Shown piece after piece: positions 33,964 through 40,000 of a stretch of 40,000 nt of DNA; position 1 is the stretch's first letter, and each line of letters starts with the position of its first letter. The DNA is taken from assembly GCF_001982635.1 (NCBI RefSeq), contig NZ_MKFI01000003.1, positions 921,277 to 961,276 on the forward strand, written 5' to 3'. This stretch comes from Bradyrhizobium mercantei (GTDB lineage: Bacteria > Pseudomonadota > Alphaproteobacteria > Rhizobiales > Xanthobacteraceae). The notes beneath the pieces are model-generated. The model was given only the letters and a program-made list of their open reading frames with translations. It was not told where the DNA came from and made no database searches. A program made the position numbers and the translations under genes.

Positions 33964-34169
33964 CGGCGGCGTAGCTGTCCTCGCAGCATAGCTGACATGG
34001 CCCAGCAGCAGAACCGCTATGATTGTGGCGTCTTCGTGCTCGACGCGACGCGGACGCTGGTTAGACGTTGGCGGAAGGACAGCAGCCAGAGCAGCTGCGC
34101 CTTAACAACATCGGCGCAGATCGGCAGGCCTTGCGGGATCGACTAGGCGCTTTTCCCGGGTTGGGCTGA
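33964..34169 (+). pseudogene. C48 (Ulp1/SUMO-protease, NopD/XopD-like) peptidase, C-terminal remnant with a frameshift
   Basis: My own translation gives IADMAQQQNRYDCGVFVLDATRTLV, which matches the Q-Q-x-N-x-x-D-C-G-V-F catalytic Cys box. A frame change near 34066-34071 continues as AEGQQPEQLRLNNIGADRQALRDRLGAFPGLG-stop (34167-34169). An in-frame TAG lies at 33961 and no intact upstream domain is present. Confidence 0.55.
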
Positions 34170-34549
34170 CCAGGCTGACTGGAATATTAAGCGGTGCCAA
34201 GTCCTTGAGAATCCGCCCCCGTTCATGGAGGGGATCAGGCGGCCGTTCAACAACCATATGGATCGGGCCTGGCCCGATCGTTGGGCTGCGCCATAGCGCG
34301 ATCAGCTGGACCGATATCGAAAATGTATTTGCTTCTGAGCGGCCCTAAGCAGATCAAAGGGGTGGAAGGGAGTGCCTTGTGCTGAGCGGCGCTTACCTTC
34401 CTCTTGTCTCCGGGGTACAAGGTCGTGATTGGTGACTGGAGCGATGAGCCGCGGCGCTGCAATGCGCGAATTGAGCTGTCTGCATGGCATTTCAGCGTGC
34501 CTGTCGCTGCGGCGCGTTTGATGTCTGGTGAAGCTGCGATGGAGCTGCC

Positions 34550-35209
34550 TTGATGAAGGTCCGTGACAGCGCTTCGATGTCGGCAATCGCGCCATGTGAC
34601 CGCTCGCCCCCGCGCGTGCTCGCGGCCCAGAAGCCTGTGCCTGGTGCGGATTACGAGCGCTTTCGGCGACGACTCGAAGAGGCCGCTCTGGATGACTGCG
34701 AGTCGCCCGCGGATGGTTCCGGCTGCTCGAAGCTCGGCAACGATCAGCATGATCCGGTGGCGATGGGGGGCGTTGCGTCCTCCTGCGTGCCCGTCGTCTC
34801 GCACGAACCCGTCATGCCGGATTATGCACAGGATCCGGGAGTGGACGGAAAGCCTTCACGTTCCACAGAGCTCGCTGAGCTGGCGGAGGCGATCGTTGAG
34901 CGCTGTTTGATATGCCCGGACCGCAGGGGGGGCGCGACGGCGTATATCACGTTGAATCGCGTCGTGTTTGGAAGCGCATGTGTGTCCGTCAGGTGCCGCG
35001 ACGATGCGCTATCTCTCTCCATCGTCTCCGACCACCTTAGGTCCATCTTGCAATTGCGAGGCCAAGCGTTTGCGCGCCACTTGTCTGATCGGCTCGGCAT
35101 GCGCGTCATGATTGCAGTCGTTGGCCGAGGCTGGCGGGAAGAGGGCTGTCATTGGCACTCTTCCGGTTCGGAGACGACATTCCACTACAGCGCTGAGAAG
35201 CGCTCATGA
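34550..35209 (+). CDS. sctP: T3SS substrate-specificity switch / needle-length protein candidate (SctP/HpaP-like)
   Basis: The gene lies directly upstream of sctQ, with an ATGA overlap at 35206-35209. The C-terminal block ELAEAIVERCLI...GGATAYITLNRVVFGSACVSVRCRDDALSLSIVSDH resembles a T3S4 domain. Confidence 0.4.
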   Translation: MMKVRDSASMSAIAPCDRSPPRVLAAQKPVPGADYERFRRRLEEAALDDCESPADGSGCSKLGNDQHDPVAMGGVASSCVPVVSHEPVMPDYAQDPGVDGKPSRSTELAELAEAIVERCLICPDRRGGATAYITLNRVVFGSACVSVRCRDDALSLSIVSDHLRSILQLRGQAFARHLSDRLGMRVMIAVVGRGWREEGCHWHSSGSETTFHYSAEKRS

Positions 35210-36192
35210 TCGATCTTCCGCGCTACGATGGACGCGATGCTGTCGCAATATCGCGAATTGCGAGTCGTCTTCCGTTTGCTTTCAGTCTCGCCGGCATCGA
35301 AGTGCAGGCGGTCATGGCCGATTCAACGCATCGGCCCATCCCGGTGCCAAGTTACACCGTGTTAATGAATGTGCAAGGCCACAAAATCCGCCTCGCATTA
35401 GGGGCAATGCTCCTTCCACAGCTGGCCGTAGAACGATGGCCGGAGATCACCACATTGTCTCCTGGCCACGGCTTGGGTGAGATATTGTTTGATATCGTTC
35501 TGCAGGATCTGGCGATCGAGGTGGAGCGATGGTGCGGTCTGCGGCCGACCTGGTCCTGCTCCGACGTCGCGGCCCCGCGTCCCTACGCGTTCAAGATCGT
35601 TCGGCTGGAGCAACCGAGCGATCTGGTCGGTTTGGTGGAACTCGATGGTGAGGGGCTGCAGTGGGTCGCCGACTGTTCCTCCGACCTGCCGGTCGTAGCC
35701 GCAGTGCTCGATGAGCTTCCGCTTCTTCTGGATGTGCGCATTGCTCCCATCAGCCTTGCCGTGGCGGAACTACAGCGACTTGCGCAAGGTGACGTCATCA
35801 TGCTCGACAACCAATCGGTGGGCAAGGATGGCGTGATGAGCGTTGTCGCGCACCTCTCTAACAATCCCTGGTTTCGTGCCTCGATCCGGGATTGCCGCCT
35901 CTCTGTCCAATCAGTAGTGGATCGTTTGATGGGTAAGCCGGAGTTCCTCCCGTCTGAAAGCCTCGACAGCCTTAATCTGACCGTCGATGTTGATGTCGGA
36001 CGTTTGACCATGCCGCTCGGACAGCTTCGTGAACTCGCTGTGGGCCAGGTCATCGATCTTGGCTTTGATGCAACCACTAACGTTTCTCTGCGCGTCAATG
36101 GCCAAGTCGTCGCGACGGGTGAGCTGGTGCGCATTGCTGAGCGGACCGGGGTGCGCCTGCTGGATCTGCGCTTGCCCCGGGCTGAGCGATGA
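35206..36192 (+). CDS. sctQ: T3SS cytoplasmic ring / sorting platform protein
   Basis: The C-terminal SpoA (FliN/YscQ) domain reads LTVDVDVGRLTMPLGQLRELAVGQVIDLGFDATTNVSLRVNGQVVATGELVRIAERTGVRLLDL. Confidence 0.85.
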   Translation: MIDLPRYDGRDAVAISRIASRLPFAFSLAGIEVQAVMADSTHRPIPVPSYTVLMNVQGHKIRLALGAMLLPQLAVERWPEITTLSPGHGLGEILFDIVLQDLAIEVERWCGLRPTWSCSDVAAPRPYAFKIVRLEQPSDLVGLVELDGEGLQWVADCSSDLPVVAAVLDELPLLLDVRIAPISLAVAELQRLAQGDVIMLDNQSVGKDGVMSVVAHLSNNPWFRASIRDCRLSVQSVVDRLMGKPEFLPSESLDSLNLTVDVDVGRLTMPLGQLRELAVGQVIDLGFDATTNVSLRVNGQVVATGELVRIAERTGVRLLDLRLPRAER

Positions 36193-36851
36193 ATAAGTTG
36201 CCCGATCCGGCGACGCTTGTCGTCCTGATGGGAGCCATCGCGGTCCTCCCCTTCGTTGCGATTACGGTAACGTCCTTCGTAAAGCTTGTCGTTGTCTTTG
36301 GGCTGCTGCGCAACGCACTCGGCGTTCAGAATATCCCACCGAACATGGCCTTGAACGCGATCGCTATCTTACTTTCGGTCTACATCATGCAGCCAGTGGC
36401 GAAGGGCGCGTATCAGGCTCTGCGTGATAGGCCAATCGCGTACCAAACGTTCGGAGAATTGGTCGACACGATAGCCATAGGTGCCGAGCCAGTTCGTGAC
36501 TTCCTCATCAAAAACACGTCCACGACATCACGTCATTTCTTCGTCAATGCCACGCGCAAGTCGTGGAGCAAGGAAGACGCGGCTGACGTGGTCGACAACG
36601 CATTTTTGATCTTGATCCCGGCCTTCATCACGTCCGAACTGGAAGAGGCATTCAAGGTCGGATGCTTGCTGTTCCTCCCCTTCATCGTTATCGATCTCGT
36701 TATCTCCAACATCCTTCTGGCGATGGGCATGATGATGGTTTCACCCATGACGATATCCCTGCCATTCAAGCTGTTCTTGTTCGTTGCCGTGAACGGGTGG
36801 CAGCGCCTCATCCACGGCCTCGTCTTGTCCTACGCAGGACCGGCGTCTTGA
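36189..36851 (+). CDS. sctR: T3SS export apparatus protein (FliP family)
   Basis: The family sequence is FVKLVVVFGLLRNALGVQNIPPNMALNAIAILLSVYIMQPV. The 220-aa protein is polytopic. The start forms an ATGA overlap with sctQ. Confidence 0.95.
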   Translation: MNKLPDPATLVVLMGAIAVLPFVAITVTSFVKLVVVFGLLRNALGVQNIPPNMALNAIAILLSVYIMQPVAKGAYQALRDRPIAYQTFGELVDTIAIGAEPVRDFLIKNTSTTSRHFFVNATRKSWSKEDAADVVDNAFLILIPAFITSELEEAFKVGCLLFLPFIVIDLVISNILLAMGMMMVSPMTISLPFKLFLFVAVNGWQRLIHGLVLSYAGPAS

Positions 36852-37108
36852 ATTCCGCCACGCTCGTCAACGTCGCCGTCGAAGCGCTTACACTGTCGGT
36901 TGTGCTGTCCTTGCCGGCAGTCCTCGTCGCTACGATAGTGGGACTGACCATCAGTCTCATCCAGGCCATGACTCAGATTCAAGAGCAAACACTTTCCTTC
37001 GCTGTGAAGCTGATAAGCGTAAATCTTGTGCTGGTCGCCACCGCGAGCTGGTTTGAGGAGCTTGGCCGGTATACCATGCGAATCTTCGACAAGATCGGCG
37101 CAGTGTAG
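36848..37108 (+). CDS. sctS: T3SS export apparatus protein (FliQ family)
   Basis: The protein is 86 aa from TTG 36848, which overlaps the sctR stop. It forms a two-TM hairpin (LSLPAVLVATIVGLTISLIQAMTQIQEQTLSFAVKLISV). The longer track ORF (36662) lies inside sctR. Confidence 0.85.
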   Translation: MNSATLVNVAVEALTLSVVLSLPAVLVATIVGLTISLIQAMTQIQEQTLSFAVKLISVNLVLVATASWFEELGRYTMRIFDKIGAV

Positions 37109-37201
37109 GCGTTGGAGTTCGAGCGGGTCATCGATTGTCCATCGCGTGCGGCATCTGCAGAAAGGACCGCGGCCGCTCTTCATCATCCTGGTTGTCCTTT
37201 C

Positions 37202-37990
37202 ATGTTGTCACTTGATCCGGATGAGATGCGTACCGCCCTCGTTGTTCTTGTGCTCGCGGTTGCGCGCATATCGGGCATGATGCTGGTCGTCCCAGTCCTC
37301 GCGCGCAATATGATGACAGGAATGGCACGCAACAGCGTGATCATCGCATTGTCGTTCCCTGTAATGGGGCGCGCCTGGACAACAAGGCCTGAGGACCTCG
37401 ACTTGGCCAGCCTGACGCTGATCCTGGGCCTCGGACTGAAGGAACTTCTGCTCGGGCTTGTACTCGGCTTGCCAGTTGCCGCCGTCATGTGGGGCGTGGA
37501 GGCGTGCGGCACGTTCATTGACAACCAAAGGGGTGCAACGATGGCCAGTCTGCTTGATCCGGCAAGCGGCAATCAAACCTCGCCGCTTGGGACATTCCTG
37601 GGTGAGCTTTACCTCACATGGCTGTTCGTCACGGGAGGCTTCTCCAAGCTCCTGGAGGCACTCTATCGCTCGCATGAAATCTGGCCTGTGTGGACCTTTC
37701 GTCCGACAATTGGTCCAGCATTCGTCGGAGAGGTACTGAGCCTCGCGGACCTCGTCATGCTGTTGACATTGCTCCTCGCCGGTCCAGCCATCCTCGCCAT
37801 GTTCTTAAGTGAATTGGGTCTGGCGCTGATTGGTCGGTTCGTGCCACAATTGCAGGTCTTCTATGTCGCTATGCCGGTCAAAAGCGTGGTTGGTCTGCTG
37901 CTGCTGATCCTGTCGCTCGCGACAGTTTTGACTCATACCGGCGATCATGGGCTATCGCCTGTCGCATTTGTTCGCCGCATCGCCATGTGA
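37202..37990 (+). CDS. sctT: T3SS export apparatus protein (FliR family)
   Basis: The protein is 262 aa from ATG 37202 and is polytopic (LVVLVLAVARISGMMLVVPVL...). It holds the conserved position between sctS and sctU. The track start TTG 37112 adds a non-hydrophobic 30-aa leader. Confidence 0.85.
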   Translation: MLSLDPDEMRTALVVLVLAVARISGMMLVVPVLARNMMTGMARNSVIIALSFPVMGRAWTTRPEDLDLASLTLILGLGLKELLLGLVLGLPVAAVMWGVEACGTFIDNQRGATMASLLDPASGNQTSPLGTFLGELYLTWLFVTGGFSKLLEALYRSHEIWPVWTFRPTIGPAFVGEVLSLADLVMLLTLLLAGPAILAMFLSELGLALIGRFVPQLQVFYVAMPVKSVVGLLLLILSLATVLTHTGDHGLSPVAFVRRIAM

Positions 37991-37996
37991 GTATTC

Positions 37997-39061
37997 ATGC
38001 CAGCTGGTAAGAGCGAAAGACCGACCCGTCAGAGGCTGCGCGAGCTGCGCAAGAAAGGACAGGTTGCTCAGAGCAGGGAGGTTGTCTCGGCGGTGCTGAC
38101 CATTGGGTTCTTCGCCTTGTTCGTCACCTCTTTGTCTCGCCTGGTGGACCGACTTGAGGCAGCGCTCCTGTTACCCATCGCGCATCTGAAAAATGAGAAC
38201 TTTGTCGTTGTCGCGCTGCAACTCTTCGGATCGTACGGCCGTGAAATACAGAGCCTGACAACGCCGTTTCTCGGCGTCGTCCTGATCGGCGGTGTCGGCG
38301 GCCACATGTTGCAGACCGGAGTGCTCTTCTCGCCCTCAGCAGCGGCGCCATCGCTCATGAGGCTGAACCCAAGTGAGAACATCGGCAGGATATTCTCGTC
38401 GCAGAGCCTCTTCGAGCTGAGCCGATCAGTCGTGAAGGTGCTGTTGCTCGGTCTCGTTCTTGTATTTGTGGTTCGCGCAGCAGTAAGTTCGCTTGTATGG
38501 ATTCCGAGCTGCGGAATATCCTGCCTGGCTTTGCTGACGGGTAACCTCTTATTCTATGTCGCGGTCTGGGCGGGGTCGATCCATCTTGTCGTGGCAATTG
38601 CGGACTTCGCGTTCCAGCGGTGGCAGTTCGAGAAGAGGAATATGATGTCGCTGGAAGAAGTGAAGCGAGAATACAAGGAAAACGAAGGCGATCCCCTGAT
38701 CAAGAGGCGCCGCAAGCAACTTCGTTCGCAATTGATGGCCAAGAATCCTATCGCCCTGGCGCGTAGTGCGACCGCGTTGATCTCCAATCCCACGCATATT
38801 GCAGTGGCGCTTTACTACGATGGGCAACAGACTCCGCTACCCGTGATTGACGCTATTGGTACCGACCTGCTCGCACAGCAAATGATCGCGGCCGCCGCCG
38901 CCGCTGGCGTGCCGGTGATGCGAAATGTTCCGCTGGCGCGTGCGCTCCTGGAAGACGGTCTGGTCGATGAATATATCCCGTCACACTTGATTGAACCTAT
39001 CGCAGAGGTGTTGCGAGCGCTCGGGGACCTTGCGACCGAGACCGGTGGTGATCGGCTCTGA
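37997..39061 (+). CDS. sctU: T3SS autoprotease / substrate switch protein (FlhB family)
   Basis: The N-terminus is SERPTRQRLRELRKKGQVAQSRE, followed by four TM segments. The NPTH autocleavage site is present (LISNPTHIAVAL). Confidence 0.95.
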   Translation: MPAGKSERPTRQRLRELRKKGQVAQSREVVSAVLTIGFFALFVTSLSRLVDRLEAALLLPIAHLKNENFVVVALQLFGSYGREIQSLTTPFLGVVLIGGVGGHMLQTGVLFSPSAAAPSLMRLNPSENIGRIFSSQSLFELSRSVVKVLLLGLVLVFVVRAAVSSLVWIPSCGISCLALLTGNLLFYVAVWAGSIHLVVAIADFAFQRWQFEKRNMMSLEEVKREYKENEGDPLIKRRRKQLRSQLMAKNPIALARSATALISNPTHIAVALYYDGQQTPLPVIDAIGTDLLAQQMIAAAAAAGVPVMRNVPLARALLEDGLVDEYIPSHLIEPIAEVLRALGDLATETGGDRL

Positions 39062-39068
39062 ATTCGTG

Positions 39069-39125
39069 AGGTCAGTTGCGAGCTTCGGAATAGTCAGCAT
39101 GGCGCGAATGAAATAGACCCCTTGG
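39069..39125 (+). promoter_or_regulatory. tts-box-like GTCAG elements downstream of sctU
   Basis: The sequence is GGTCAGTTGCGAGCTTCGGAATAGTCAGCATGGCGCGAATGAAATAGACCCCTTGG. Two GTCAG cores start 22 nt apart (39071 and 39093). CGA/GCT and CCCCT blocks partly echo the tts-box pattern as I recall it. Confidence 0.2.
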
Positions 39126-40000
39126 GGCCACCTTCGACGCCATCCTCCTCAGAACCGAGTAATTTGTCGTGAATTGTTCGGCAACATTGTTCGGATCGCT
39201 ATTGGGTGCCCCCTAGGATGGATGTGGGCAATTTAAGGCCTGGGCAGGTAGTGGCGGGTGGAACGCTAGGCGTCCGGAGAATGCCACGCGCTTCACATCC
39301 ACGATAAGTCGCCGTTACGAACTCCGCCCTCATCAGGTTTCAGGGAAAGTTCAGAATAATCGTATTGTCCGACAACCTGAACGGTAGCCACGCTTGCGCC
39401 GGTACGAGCGGCCCTATCATTCGTGCCGATGCACCCATAATGACTCAATATTCTGCGCGCCGCGGACTATCGGGTACCGTAGGGCAGGAGCCGTCCAGTA
39501 CTCCTGGATGCCGAAGCTGTTCTCGGCGTCGTTCAGTCGGGATAACGGGCATCTTGTGCAAGACGCAGATTGTCCCAGCCCTGGCGTCGAGCCGCCGATC
39601 TGGCGGTCGACGTTCTCGAGTGGTTTGCACCTGCGAGCGGCATGGCGCCGTCGGGTGCAGGTCGGACCCGGGTTGCATCGCATGAAGTTGGTGAGGAAGC
39701 GAACGTGGATCTAGACGAAACGATACAAAGGTCCCGACAAACGATCGAGCAAATGGACCGCCTTCTAAGGAGGGCGGATGCTCAACTTGAGTGGCTGGCT
39801 CAACTATCGGACGCCGGGGCGGCCGGCCCGGAATCTCCTCCTGCGAGTAACGGCGATTGCGATGGGGGCTCTGACGCATCTTATTCATGCGAGCAGGCGG
39901 CCCCAGGCGATGTTTTGCCTTCACCCGAAACGACTTTGAATCTTTCATGGCTCGGACAAAGGGTGTGATTTGGCGAGCGGGGTCGAGCAAGGCCTATTGA

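Noticed and set aside
33311-34804. ORFs 33311-33844 (+), 33521-33805 (-), 33666-33902 (-) and 34247-34804 (-) lie in the gap between sctC and sctP.
   Set aside because: They have no recognisable motifs, they overlap one another, and their composition is poor. The only interpretable signal here is the C48 peptidase remnant. The rest is best treated as decayed sequence until a homology search says otherwise.
39365-39990. Overlapping ORFs lie at the right edge: 39365-39685 (+), 39394-39714 (+), 39570-39968 (+), 39417-39683 (-) and 39445-39990 (-).
   Set aside because: I could not choose among the frames by composition or motifs, so none is reported as a gene. The region is kept only as a place to look for an effector.
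1-40000. I looked for CRISPR arrays, rRNA genes, intact IS elements with terminal inverted repeats, and a second copy of the tRNA-Leu 3' end (attR-type direct repeat).
   Set aside because: None was seen by eye. The only short tandem repeat is the 2 x 20 bp unit at 17091-17130. Absence of an att repeat cannot be proven without a computational repeat search.

Overview
This is a 40 kb high-GC accessory region. Its style is rhizobium-like alphaproteobacterial, but the taxon is inference only. All calls rest on reading the translations and the DNA by eye; no database search was run.

Layout from left to right:
1. Positions 1-2115 hold a minus-strand trio: a partial ORF with an Rx4H (HEPN-like) motif, a small ORF, and a classic AAA+ ATPase.
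2. Positions 2192-2485 hold a tRNA-Leu(UAA) gene split in its anticodon loop by a 205-nt group I intron. A C-terminal remnant of a tyrosine recombinase abuts it.
3. Positions 3244-5040 encode a large multi-pass membrane protein with a Pro/Gly-rich linker.
4. Positions 5335-16812 are the stand-out feature: an 11-gene minus-strand cluster.
   - It combines the preQ0 pathway (queE-queD-queC) with a DpdA/TGT-fold transglycosylase, which is flanked by two paralogous DGQHR (DndB/DpdB-like) proteins.
   - It also carries an unknown protein, a Cas4/AddB-like Fe-S PD-(D/E)XK nuclease, a UvrD-type helicase, a 3-TM protein and a HAD hydrolase.
   - This looks like a non-canonical relative of the Dpd 7-deazaguanine DNA modification/restriction system. 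None of the dpdD-K restriction genes is recognisable.
5. Positions 17735-19394 hold two cargo genes, followed by integrase and solute-binding-protein gene scars at 19524-19831.
6. Positions 20427-39061 hold a type III secretion cluster.
   - It contains sctI, J, K, L, N, O, V, D, F, C, P, Q, R, S, T and U, plus YscG-like and YscE-like needle co-chaperones.
   - It also has an embedded LysR regulator, a lipobox-bearing one-piece secretin, and a decayed C48 (NopD/XopD-like) effector fragment.

No rRNA, CRISPR array or intact IS element was seen.
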